From NCBI GenBank assembly GCA_044224875.1, contig JBGAJQ010000048.1, positions 1-40,221 of the forward strand: 40,221 nucleotides of DNA. The letters run 5' to 3'. The DNA is from Gemmatimonadaceae bacterium. GTDB taxonomy: Bacteria > Gemmatimonadota > Gemmatimonadetes > Gemmatimonadales > Gemmatimonadaceae. The stretch's first letter is position 1; each line of letters starts with the position of its first letter. Below the pieces are notes generated by a model. The model was not told where the DNA came from. It saw only the letters and a list, made by a program, of their open reading frames with translations, and did not search any database. Shown here piece after piece: positions 1 through 9,034 of this stretch. The position numbers and the translations under genes were made by a program.

Positions 1-64
1 AGGCACGTTTCCGGGGAGCGCGCGGTCCGTCACTGAGCGTGTCGCCCGACGGGCCGCGAGCCGC

Positions 65-373
65 TCAGTTGATGACCGCGAGAACGTCGCTCTCGCGCAG
101 GATCAGGTACTGCTCACCTTCCACCGTGACCTCGGTGCCGCTGTACTTGCCGTACAGCACCTTGTCGCCCGGCTTCACGTCCATTGGCACGCGCTTGCCG
201 TCTTCGAAGCGGCCAGGTCCAACGGCCACGATCTCGCCCTGCTGCGGCTTTTCCTTCGCCGTGTCCGGGATATACAGCCCGCCCCGCATGGTTTCCGCTT
301 CTTCGAGCGGCTTCACGACGACGCGATCGGCTAGCGGAGCCACCTTCGTGGCTGCGGCGCTCTTTGCCATCAT
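65..373 (-). CDS. groES: Co-chaperonin GroES
   Basis: PLADRVVV...[24 protein letters not shown]...YSGTEV...[20 protein letters not shown] at 382-388 favours the ATG at 373. Confidence 0.97.
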   Translation of the reverse strand: MMAKSAAATKVAPLADRVVVKPLEEAETMRGGLYIPDTAKEKPQQGEIVAVGPGRFEDGKRVPMDVKPGDKVLYGKYSGTEVTVEGEQYLILRESDVLAVIN

Positions 374-415
374 AGCGTTCACCCCTCCGTACGCTGGGTT
401 AGTAGGAAGAACTCC

Positions 416-442
416 CTAGCACTCGCTGATCTCGAGTGCTAA
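416..442 (-). promoter_or_regulatory. CIRCE element (HrcA operator)
   Basis: Minus strand reads TTAGCACTC-GAGATCAGC-GAGTGCTAG, one mismatch to TTAGCACTC-N9-GAGTGCTAA. Lies between the promoter and groES. Confidence 0.95.
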
Positions 443-451
443 CAGCGTCGG

Positions 452-480
452 AACGTACGGTGGCGAGGCGTCGCAGTCAA
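452..480 (-). promoter_or_regulatory. sigma70-type promoter of groES
   Basis: TTGACT (480-475), 17 nt spacer, TACGTT (457-452), directly upstream of the CIRCE. Confidence 0.75.
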
Positions 481-609
481 GGGAGAAACCACGGACATTT
501 GAGCCTGCGTAACTCGCGATAATACAACAACTTGCAATCGCCCGGCTCAGCCCCATTTGTGCACCCCGTTGGAAAATCACTCAGCCAGGTGCGGCATTCT
601 CTCTCTCTC

Positions 610-1392
610 TTACTTCCCGGCGGCGCGAATAAGTGAGTAGGCGATCTGTAACCCCTGAAGGGTCAGCGTCGGCTCGATGCGCTCGATCTCCTGACAATGG
701 GGCACCAGCATCGGTGCGAGTCCACCCGTCGCCACGACCAACGGCGTGCGGCCGTTTGGCCACTCTCGTTTGATGCGCCTGACGAGACCGTCGGCCGATT
801 CCGCCGAGCCGAGAAGCACGCCGGCTCGAATGCACTCCTCGGTACGGCGGCCGATGACGTGTTCGGGCGCCGTCAGCTCAGTCGCTGGCAGCTTGGACGT
901 GCGTCGCACGAGCGTCTCGAGGGCCGTACGCAGGCCCGGGGCGATGACGCCGCCAAGAAACACCCCTTCGGCGGTAATGCAGTCATAGGTCGTGGCCGTC
1001 CCCAGGTCGACGACAATGGTATCGCGCTTGAAGAGCCGACTGGCCGCCAAGGTGTTGATGATCCTGTCGGCGCCAACCGTCAGCGGCTCGAGCACGTCGA
1101 GGGTGATTGGGAGCGGCGACCGCGCATCCACGATGACGGGCCGTGCTCCAGCGAGCCGCTGGCAGGCCTCGGCGAGCGACTCGGTCAGAGCAGGCACGAC
1201 GGATCCAATCGCCGTTCCTTCGAGTGCCGACGGCGGAATACCCGCACCGCCTAACAATCCGCGCAGCAGGAGCACCAACTCGTCGGGCGTGCGAGACACT
1301 TCAGTCACCACACGCCAATGGTCCTTCAGGCGCTCGCCATCGAACAGTCCGATCGTCGTCTCGGTGTTACCGACATCGAACACGAGAATCAT
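610..1392 (-). CDS. coaX: Type III pantothenate kinase
   Basis: DVGNTET, GADRI, VDLGTATTYD, GGVIAPG and ATGG motifs. Confidence 0.95.
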   Translation of the reverse strand: MILVFDVGNTETTIGLFDGERLKDHWRVVTEVSRTPDELVLLLRGLLGGAGIPPSALEGTAIGSVVPALTESLAEACQRLAGARPVIVDARSPLPITLDVLEPLTVGADRIINTLAASRLFKRDTIVVDLGTATTYDCITAEGVFLGGVIAPGLRTALETLVRRTSKLPATELTAPEHVIGRRTEECIRAGVLLGSAESADGLVRRIKREWPNGRTPLVVATGGLAPMLVPHCQEIERIEPTLTLQGLQIAYSLIRAAGK

Positions 1393-2153
1393 GTCGCCGA
1401 GTCCTCCAAAACGAGAGAGCCACTGCCAAAGTGCATCGGACCCGCTTCGCCCACAATCACCACGCGTCCGTCCGCGTCGATGCCATCCACACGGCCGCGC
1501 CCCGGCGCGATGGCGCTTCGTCCGCGAACTGCGTCGCGCTCGGCATAACGCGCGAGTTCAACGTGGCTAAACGCTCCACGCGCTGCAGCCGCACCTCGTA
1601 GCGCGGGAATGACCTCTTCCAGGATCGAGAGGCGATCGCTGGCGTCGGACAACCCCGTGCCCTGCGCTACAGCCGCGGGCGCGGTAAGGTTGATCCCAAC
1701 GCCAATCGCAATCCATTCGGGCCGATCGGCCTTCCATCGAACCTCCACGAGAATGCCAGCCACCTTGCGACCTTCGATCCAGAGGTCGTTCGGCCACTTG
1801 ACCTTCACGAGATGCGCGGCAAAGCGGTCCAGCGCCGCGGCCAGCCGCAACCCGATGCGCAACGAGAGGACCTGTAATGCGGCAGCGTCTGTGGGACGCT
1901 CGAGCATGGTCAACCAGATTCCACCCGCATCAGAGGTCCACACCCGCCCGGCGCGTCCCCGACCCGCGTATTGCGTGTCGGCGATAACGAGTGTGCCGGC
2001 GAGGGCTCCGGCCTGTGCCAGCTCGTGTGCGACATCCTGCGTCGACGCGACGGCGCCATAGACGTGCACGAGCGGAAGGTCCAGGCGTCGAGCGAGTTCC
2101 TCGCCAGTTAGGCCATCGTACCGAGCGTGTAGACGCTGCGTGTCGTTAGCCAC
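1389..2153 (-). CDS. birA: Biotin--[acetyl-CoA-carboxylase] ligase, no HTH domain (group I)
   Basis: STQD, QYAGRGRAGRVW, KWPND and KVAGILVE motifs. Confidence 0.93.
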   Translation of the reverse strand: MANDTQRLHARYDGLTGEELARRLDLPLVHVYGAVASTQDVAHELAQAGALAGTLVIADTQYAGRGRAGRVWTSDAGGIWLTMLERPTDAAALQVLSLRIGLRLAAALDRFAAHLVKVKWPNDLWIEGRKVAGILVEVRWKADRPEWIAIGVGINLTAPAAVAQGTGLSDASDRLSILEEVIPALRGAAAARGAFSHVELARYAERDAVRGRSAIAPGRGRVDGIDADGRVVIVGEAGPMHFGSGSLVLEDSAT

Positions 2154-2949
2154 GCGTGTTCGCCAGGATCAACACGCCGACGCCAACGACGAGCCGATAC
2201 AGGGCAAAGACGCCATACGACCGCCGCGAGACGTACTTGAGCAAGACGGAGATGGCGAGCCAGCTGCTCACCGCGGCCGTCACCACCCCCACCACGATGT
2301 TCACCGAGATCCCCTCGGTACGGACGGCATCGGGCACCTTGAGAATCGCCGCGGCGGCGGTCACCGGCATGCTGAGGAGAAACGAGAAGACCGCGGCACT
2401 TTGACGATCCAGGCGCAGGAATCGGCCACAGGTGATTGTTGAGCCTGACCGCGAGACACCGGGAATGAGCGCGAACGATTGCGCGATGCCTATCCAGAGC
2501 GCATCGCGCCACGTCATGTCGTTGACCGCGCGATCTGTGCGAGCGTGGCGATCCACAGCCCAGAGCAGCGCACCCATGAGGATCAGCAGGATCGCGATGA
2601 GCGTCGGTGCTCGAAAGACCGTCTCCGCCTTCTTCTCAAGAGCCAAGCCAGCGATGGCGGCGGGAACGGTGGCTATGACGAGGTAGATGACTCGCCACTC
2701 CTCAGGAGTCTCCGCCTTGCCCTTGCGAAGGATCCCCAGCCCGGATCGCGTCAGCGCTACCCACTCGGCGCGGAAGTACCAAAGCACGGCGACGAGAGTC
2801 CCCAGGTGCAACGCCACGTCAAAGGCCAGACCAGGATCGTTCCAACCAAATGCCCACGGCGTCAGGGTCAGGTGGGCCGAACTCGAAATGGGCAGGAACT
2901 CGGAGAGGCCCTGTACAAGTCCGAGAACGAAGGCCTGAAAGGTCGTCAT
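2146..2949 (-). CDS. uppP: Undecaprenyl-diphosphate phosphatase
   Basis: QGLSEFLPISSSAH and PGVSRSGST BacA motifs; multiple TM segments. Confidence 0.95.
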   Translation of the reverse strand: MTTFQAFVLGLVQGLSEFLPISSSAHLTLTPWAFGWNDPGLAFDVALHLGTLVAVLWYFRAEWVALTRSGLGILRKGKAETPEEWRVIYLVIATVPAAIAGLALEKKAETVFRAPTLIAILLILMGALLWAVDRHARTDRAVNDMTWRDALWIGIAQSFALIPGVSRSGSTITCGRFLRLDRQSAAVFSFLLSMPVTAAAAILKVPDAVRTEGISVNIVVGVVTAAVSSWLAISVLLKYVSRRSYGVFALYRLVVGVGVLILANTRG

Positions 2950-2966
2950 GAGCTGGTGATGGGAGA

Positions 2967-4103
2967 CTAGGAGACAGCGGACATGGCATCGAGGTAGAGT
3001 GCTTCGTACTGCGGAACGATCCGATCCTGCGCGAACCGTTCGCGCGCGTCGGCCGCGGCGCGCTCGCTCATGGCGCGGTGATGCTCTGGCACGGTGAGGA
3101 TGCGCAAGGCGTCGGCCGCCATGCCCTCGACGTCACCGACCTCTCGTAGCGATCCGGTCTCGCCGTCGCGCACGACTTCCGGCAGCCCGCCAGCCCGACT
3201 TCCGACAACGGGAACTCCGCTGGCCAGCGCTTCGAGTGCGCTCAGTCCGAACGACTCGCGATCGCTTGGCAGCAGGAACAGGTCCGCTGCGGCCAGGAGG
3301 GGCGCCACCGCCTCGATGCGTCCAAGGAACTGCACGTCGGTGGCAACGCCTAACGAACGGGCTTCTTCTTCCGCTTCCGAGCGATCCGGACCGTCGCCGA
3401 TCATGACCAGGGTAGCGGGCACCTCGGCGTGCACCTTGGCGAACACCCGCACCACGTCGCGTACGCGCTTCACCGGCCGGAAATTCGAGATGTGCATGAG
3501 GATTTTTCGGTCCCCGACGCGCTCCCGCAAGACTGGCTCGTGCTTCGATCGGTCGTAGATCTCCGGGTCGATGAAGTTGTGAATGACCTCGACCTCGCAT
3601 CCCGCACAGCCGAACGTGTAGATCGTTTCCTCACGTAGAAAGCGCGAAACGGAGCTGATACGCGTGGAGCGCTCGATCGAAAACTTGGTGATCGCGTGGA
3701 ATGACCGATCCTGGCCGACGATCGTGATGTCCGTGCCGTGCAGCGTGGTGACGACGGGGATGTCGCGCTTGCCACCGTCCACGAGCATCTGCCGGGCAAT
3801 CCACGCACTGGTCGCGTGGGGAATGGCGTAGTGCACGTGGAGCAGGTCGAGCTGGTGCGACTGCGCGACTTCGTGCATGCGGACCGCCAACGCCAGGTCG
3901 TAGGGCGGATATTCGAACAACGGATACCGACCTACGTCAACTTCGTGGAAGTAAACGCCGGGAAGGAAATTCGGGAGCCGGAACGGTTGCTGGTACGTGA
4001 TGAAGTGGACCTCGTGCCCGCGATGCGCCAACGCGATTCCCAGTTCGGTGGCCATCGCACCGGATCCACCATATGTCGGGTAGCATGTGATGCCGATCTT
4101 CAC
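2967..4103 (-). CDS. bshA: N-acetyl-alpha-D-glucosaminyl L-malate synthase (bacillithiol biosynthesis, GT4)
   Basis: KIGITCYPTYGGSG, HVHYAIPHA, TTLHGTDIT, HISNFRPVKR, ESFGLSALEA. The GTG start overlaps the miaA stop (GTGA). Confidence 0.92.
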   Translation of the reverse strand: MKIGITCYPTYGGSGAMATELGIALAHRGHEVHFITYQQPFRLPNFLPGVYFHEVDVGRYPLFEYPPYDLALAVRMHEVAQSHQLDLLHVHYAIPHATSAWIARQMLVDGGKRDIPVVTTLHGTDITIVGQDRSFHAITKFSIERSTRISSVSRFLREETIYTFGCAGCEVEVIHNFIDPEIYDRSKHEPVLRERVGDRKILMHISNFRPVKRVRDVVRVFAKVHAEVPATLVMIGDGPDRSEAEEEARSLGVATDVQFLGRIEAVAPLLAAADLFLLPSDRESFGLSALEALASGVPVVGSRAGGLPEVVRDGETGSLREVGDVEGMAADALRILTVPEHHRAMSERAAADARERFAQDRIVPQYEALYLDAMSAVS

Positions 4104-5023
4104 ACGCGTTCTCCATGCCACCACGCGACGGCGCGGGACAACGCGTCCGCCTTCAGCGGATCGATGGTCGACACTCGCGTGGCGTCCAGCTGGTGCCTGA
4201 ACCAGGTTCGCTGCCGCTTTGCGTATTGACGCGTTTCAATCACTACGCGCTCCACAACATCCTCACGTTTCAGATCATTCGTGACCGCGGCCCGAACCAC
4301 TCCGTATCCAGTGGCCGTCCACGCCGGCGCCGAGTCGGGGACAGTCTTCATCAGTTGTTCCACCTCGTCCATCCAACCCGTGGCCAACATGTGCCGCACC
4401 CGATTCGTTATGTGCTCGGCCAGTACGCTTCCCGGGTCCACCAGAAGATAGCGAGCGACAAACGTTGGTGCTCGACGCGCCACGTCGTGCAAGGTGGACA
4501 GCCGTGTTCCGGTGAGCAGCGCCACTTCGATGGCTCGCATCAACTGCGTGCGCCCGAGGTGGGCCCGAGGCTTATCGAGATGCTCGCACCTGCGTTGAAG
4601 CTCCGTGAGCGACAGCCCTTCGAGCTCCTGGATCAGCGCCTGGCGGCGATCTTCATCGACCTCTGGAGCGTCGAAGAACGGGTCGAACAAGGCACGCAGG
4701 TAGAATCCCGTTCCACCGACCAGCAGCGGTTCTCGATTGACTAGGCGAGCCTGCGCCACCCAATCGGGCACGCGGCGCGCCCATGCGTCCGCGGACACAC
4801 GTCGTGTTGGCTCAACGATGTCGATGCCCTCGTGAGGCACTCGCGCGCGCTCGGCAGGCGTGGGCTTGGCGGTTCCCACGTCGAAACCACGATATACCTG
4901 ACGGGAGTCCGCGGAGATGATCACGGCACCGACTGCGTCGGCAAGCTCCAATGCGATGTGAGACTTTCCCGCCGCCGTGGGACCCACAATCGCCCGCAAT
5001 ATGGGGCGCGCCGTCTCTTCCAT
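4100..5023 (-). CDS. miaA: tRNA dimethylallyltransferase
   Basis: GPTAAGKS, SADSRQVYRG, VGTAKP, GGTGFY and TRQYAKRQRTWF; usual position after mutL. Confidence 0.96.
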   Translation of the reverse strand: MEETARPILRAIVGPTAAGKSHIALELADAVGAVIISADSRQVYRGFDVGTAKPTPAERARVPHEGIDIVEPTRRVSADAWARRVPDWVAQARLVNREPLLVGGTGFYLRALFDPFFDAPEVDEDRRQALIQELEGLSLTELQRRCEHLDKPRAHLGRTQLMRAIEVALLTGTRLSTLHDVARRAPTFVARYLLVDPGSVLAEHITNRVRHMLATGWMDEVEQLMKTVPDSAPAWTATGYGVVRAAVTNDLKREDVVERVVIETRQYAKRQRTWFRHQLDATRVSTIDPLKADALSRAVAWWHGERV

Positions 5024-5035
5024 GTGCAGCGGCCC

Positions 5036-6787
5036 CTAACGACGCCCGAAGCGCCGGTCGAGGTCATCCCAGGACAACTGTACGACACTCGATCGACCGT
5101 GAACGTCGTGTGCGGGCAACTCTGTGCTCGCCAAGGCACGCACGAGCGCGTCCATCTCGGCGTCAGAAAGCGGGTCGCCTGCCTTGACCGCCGCCTTGCA
5201 GGCGATGGTGGCGATCAATCGTTCGTGGCGCGCGTGCGCCGTGGGCGTTCGGTCCCCTGCCCAATCGGCCAGTGTTTCGCGTAGGCAGCGCAGGGCGTCG
5301 AAGCGCGGATGTGGCGATGGGACGGCGTGCACCAGCAGCGACGTGCCACCAAACGACTCGATCTCGAAGCCCAACCGCGCGAGCACATCGCTAGCCTGTT
5401 CAAAGGCGTCCGCCTCGTCGGCGCTCAAGTGGAGGGTTTCCGGCAGCAGCAACCGTTGAGACACGGCATGCCCAGAGGACATCTCCCGGCTGAATCGCTC
5501 AAACAACACGCGTTCATGCGCCGAATGCTGGTCGATGAGCACAATTCCGATATCGACCTCGTACATGATGTACATGCGCCGGAGCTGGCGCAGCGGCGGT
5601 ACCACCAGCGCGCCGTGGGAGGGTGACGCCGCGGCGTCCACGACCGCGGCCGGTTCCAGATCCACGCCCGGAAGGCTCGCGGCATCGAAGAGCGGTCCAT
5701 CGAGATTAGCGCGTGGCAGCGGCGGCGCCGTCAGTGGTGTGCCCGGTGCCCAACCGATGCCCGCCAGCGGGCGTGCACCTGGGCCATAAGCCGCCGCGGC
5801 ACTGGGCGTGCCTAACGCCCTGCGAACGGCAAACTCCACGGCCCGCTCGACATTCCAGCGATCGTGGAAGCGGACCTCGGCCTTTGCGGGATGCACGTTC
5901 ACGTCAACATCGCCGCCAGGCAGCGTTACTTCGAGAAAGAGCGCAGGTCGCAGCCCAGGCGCGAGCGCCGTGCGATACGCGGACTCCGCCGCGCGAACGA
6001 CGCCTGCGTCGCGCACGGCTCGACCGTTCACCAACAGGGTGACGCGACGCGACGCGGTACCGACATCGGCGGGGCGTTCCACGAGGCCCCGCACACGGAT
6101 CGGCCCCTGCACGGCATCGACATCGACGAACCGCTCCGCGTACGCATCACCCCAGATCCCGGCGATGCGCTCGCGAAGCGACTGGGCAGGCGACAGGGAG
6201 AGCGTCTTGCGGCCGTCGTGTGTGGCGACGATTCGAATATCGCGTCGCACCAACGCGGTGGTGACGAGTGCGTCCGAAATCGCGCGCCACTCCGATCGCG
6301 CACTGCGCAGAAACTTCCGTCGGGCGGGTGTATTGAAGAACAGGTGTCCCACGGTGACTGTCGTGCCGCGCCGCCTTGGTTCCGGAAGTATCCCCTGTAT
6401 GTGACCACCTTCCGAACGGATGGCCGTGCCGGTGCCGTCGCTGGTTGACGTCAACAGCTGCAACCGCGAAACCGACGCGATCGCCGGGAGGGCCTCACCA
6501 CGAAATCCGAACGAGGTCACGCCGACGAGGTCGGCGAGCTGCCGAATCTTCGACGTCGCGTGTCGCGACAGCGCGAGCGCCGCGTCGTCCTGGTCCATGC
6601 CCGTGCCGTCGTCACTCACGCGAATGAGCGTGCGACCGCCATCTTCCACTTCGATCTCCAGGGACGTCGCCCCCGCATCGAGCGCGTTCTCGACCAGCTC
6701 CTTCACGGCCGAGGCCGGGCGTTCGACAACCTCGCCAGCGGCGATCTGGTCGGCGACAGCTGGAGCTAAAACCGCGATGCGTGACAT
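5036..6787 (-). CDS. mutL: DNA mismatch repair endonuclease MutL
   Basis: IAAGEVVERPASAVKELVENALDAGA, GFRGEAL, DVNVHPAK, DQHSAHER and ACKAA. Start placed at MSRIAVL. Confidence 0.96.
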   Translation of the reverse strand: MSRIAVLAPAVADQIAAGEVVERPASAVKELVENALDAGATSLEIEVEDGGRTLIRVSDDGTGMDQDDAALALSRHATSKIRQLADLVGVTSFGFRGEALPAIASVSRLQLLTSTSDGTGTAIRSEGGHIQGILPEPRRRGTTVTVGHLFFNTPARRKFLRSARSEWRAISDALVTTALVRRDIRIVATHDGRKTLSLSPAQSLRERIAGIWGDAYAERFVDVDAVQGPIRVRGLVERPADVGTASRRVTLLVNGRAVRDAGVVRAAESAYRTALAPGLRPALFLEVTLPGGDVDVNVHPAKAEVRFHDRWNVERAVEFAVRRALGTPSAAAAYGPGARPLAGIGWAPGTPLTAPPLPRANLDGPLFDAASLPGVDLEPAAVVDAAASPSHGALVVPPLRQLRRMYIMYEVDIGIVLIDQHSAHERVLFERFSREMSSGHAVSQRLLLPETLHLSADEADAFEQASDVLARLGFEIESFGGTSLLVHAVPSPHPRFDALRCLRETLADWAGDRTPTAHARHERLIATIACKAAVKAGDPLSDAEMDALVRALASTELPAHDVHGRSSVVQLSWDDLDRRFGRR

Positions 6788-6841
6788 GGGTGGACCGGAA
6801 CGGGCAGTGCGGCGCAAGCACGGGCTCGCGGAAGGTGTCGA

Positions 6842-6870
6842 ACCTTAAGCCCGGTCGCGCCCGGCCTCAA
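6842..6870 (-). promoter_or_regulatory. Putative sigma70 promoter of the mutL-coaX operon
   Basis: TTGAGG, 17 nt spacer, TAAGGT. Confidence 0.5.
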
Positions 6871-6904
6871 CGGCGGGCCTGGCGTTCATCCTGGCGTCTC
6901 GCGA

Positions 6905-9034
6905 CTATCGGGGACTCTGCAGGGAGAGCAGGTCGCGAGACTGCAGCCACCCGGACCGGCCATCCCGGAAGCGCACCCGCGTCCAGGCCGTTTGCTCGCC
7001 TGTTGTTCGCGCCAACTCTCCGGCCAATACCTCCGCCGAAGTCTCCGACGTCAGCATGGGAGCGGCGCGGAGTTGGCCCCCAGTTGCCACAATCGCGGCG
7101 TGTCGCCCAGTGGCCACATCATTGAGCGAGAGACCCACGAGGGCCGTGGCGAACGCTCCGGCAACGAGGGCGATGCCCATCCTGCGCCTAACGCGGTCCC
7201 TTCCCGCCAGCGCGAACGCATAGCAGCCGACAATCCAGGCAAGTCCGCCGACAACGGCCAAGAGACCGAGTGGGATGGGCGGGACATCCCCGAACCACCG
7301 GCCTTCGAAGCCTGGTACGAACTCCAGATAATCCCGGACGTCCTCAGCCGTCGGCTCCAACCGTAAGGCGCGCTGCCACCCCACCGCCGCATGCGCGGTG
7401 TCGCCGAGTTGCCAGGCCACGGTGCCGTAGTTCGCCCAAGCGTCGGCCGCCCGCGCATGTGCCTCTGTCTCGGCAGCAAACAGGGAGCGCGCCGCGGCCA
7501 GATCCCGCGTGTCATAGGCCTGTACCCCACGCGAAAAATCGGTGGGCGCGAAAGCCAGCAATGGCGTCAGTGCGACCGTGCCGATAACGACCGTCATGAT
7601 CGCCGACTTGGCCACCCGTTCGCCAACGCGCACGATATCGTGGGTGGGAAGAGCCTCCTCCTCGATCGCCCGCAGGATACCCGCGACGCGCCGAGCGGTA
7701 TCGCCTGGCAAGGGCCCCGCGTTGCCGAAGACGGCCCCATCGAGTTCAGCCAGGAGACGCCCAGCATCGGCCGCAACGTCCGGCGTGACGCCGGCACGGC
7801 GGAGCGCACGGGCCAAACGCGTGTGGTTGGACAGGGTCGACGCGGTGCCCGGCACTCGGCGCGAAAGTGCAAGCGCAAAGTCGCGTCGGAGATCGCTGGC
7901 CGAAACGGTGTCGCGTGCCGCCATGGCTTGAATACGCATCAGCGGCGTTTCTGTCTTGACCGCACGTGGACGCCGGAGCGTCGCCAGCACCAACGCCGGC
8001 ACTGGTGTCAGGAGCAGTACCAGCCAGTACCAGCGTGAGGCCGGCAGCGGGGGCGACAGTTCGCCTCTATACGCGCGACGAATCGGCAGTAACGCGACCG
8101 AGTCCGCATCGAACCGCTCGGAGGCCACCGCACTACCAGACGCGACCACGACGCTTAGCGGTTGTGATACGGTGACTTGATACGTCGCACTATACGGATC
8201 GAAGTACGCGTACTCGATCGCCGGCACCACCAGGAGGCCCGGGCGCCTCGGCGTGACGAGGAAGTCGAACTCCTTGCGACCTCCAACGAGGGCGTTTGTC
8301 GAGTCTATGCGAATGCGCTCGGGACCGGGCACCGCGTCCCCCCATGGGACCGTCAGCTCCGGTCGTGGTACGAGCGACAAGTTGCCCACCCCGGACACGG
8401 TCACCGTCAGCAACAACGGATCGCCGACACGACCGCGACGGTTGTCGATGCGCGCATCCAGGCCAAGGCGCCCAACCGCGCCCCGATACGCGGGCGGCCG
8501 TCCAACGACTGGCGGTTCCACGACCTCGAGCACCGTCGACTGCGTGCGCTCCGTGTGAAGCTCCTCTCGACTGAAGAACGAAGACGACAATGGCAGCGCG
8601 TAGTTCAAGCGGGCTGGTGGAATCTCCAGCAAACCCGCCGCCAGGGGAAACAGCGCACGACGAAAGACATGCACTTCGTAGCGTCTACCATTCACCACCC
8701 GAGAAGGTGTTTGCCCACTCGCACTCAGGTCGTAGGTGAGCATGGAGCGCATCTCGGGTGGTACGAACTCGGGGTTGCGACGCATGCGCTCGCGGGATTC
8801 GTCGCTGAGGAACACGCCGACCTCGTACGTCGCTTGTTGGCCGACGAAAACGCGTGAAGGGACAACATGGGAGCGAACTGCGATGTCCTCGCGTCCCGTG
8901 AGCGGTGCGGTGCTCACGATAAGGGGAGCGCCGACTGTGACCTGATTCGAGTCGGCGGCTCGTTGGGGGACTTGGGCTCCAGGGCCGCGGCCAGCGGCCA
9001 GCATCAGGAGCAACGCGATTCGCGCGTGCCTCAC
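6905..9034 (-). CDS. BatD-like protein fused to a BatE-like TPR/TM/SH3 C-terminus
   Basis: Signal peptide after a GTG that overlaps the upstream stop. BatD-type beta domains (YRGAVGRL, VPAIEYAYFDP), TM, TPR (AWANYGTVAWQLG), SH3-like end (WTRVRFRDGRSGW). The listed ORF's extension to 9709 overlaps the upstream gene. Confidence 0.8.
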   Translation of the reverse strand: MRHARIALLLMLAAGRGPGAQVPQRAADSNQVTVGAPLIVSTAPLTGREDIAVRSHVVPSRVFVGQQATYEVGVFLSDESRERMRRNPEFVPPEMRSMLTYDLSASGQTPSRVVNGRRYEVHVFRRALFPLAAGLLEIPPARLNYALPLSSSFFSREELHTERTQSTVLEVVEPPVVGRPPAYRGAVGRLGLDARIDNRRGRVGDPLLLTVTVSGVGNLSLVPRPELTVPWGDAVPGPERIRIDSTNALVGGRKEFDFLVTPRRPGLLVVPAIEYAYFDPYSATYQVTVSQPLSVVVASGSAVASERFDADSVALLPIRRAYRGELSPPLPASRWYWLVLLLTPVPALVLATLRRPRAVKTETPLMRIQAMAARDTVSASDLRRDFALALSRRVPGTASTLSNHTRLARALRRAGVTPDVAADAGRLLAELDGAVFGNAGPLPGDTARRVAGILRAIEEEALPTHDIVRVGERVAKSAIMTVVIGTVALTPLLAFAPTDFSRGVQAYDTRDLAAARSLFAAETEAHARAADAWANYGTVAWQLGDTAHAAVGWQRALRLEPTAEDVRDYLEFVPGFEGRWFGDVPPIPLGLLAVVGGLAWIVGCYAFALAGRDRVRRRMGIALVAGAFATALVGLSLNDVATGRHAAIVATGGQLRAAPMLTSETSAEVLAGELARTTGEQTAWTRVRFRDGRSGWLQSRDLLSLQSPR

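Noticed and set aside
597..610. (TC)n microsatellite after the coaX stop
   Set aside because: Short, intergenic and not in a promoter or coding region; no evidence of phase variation.
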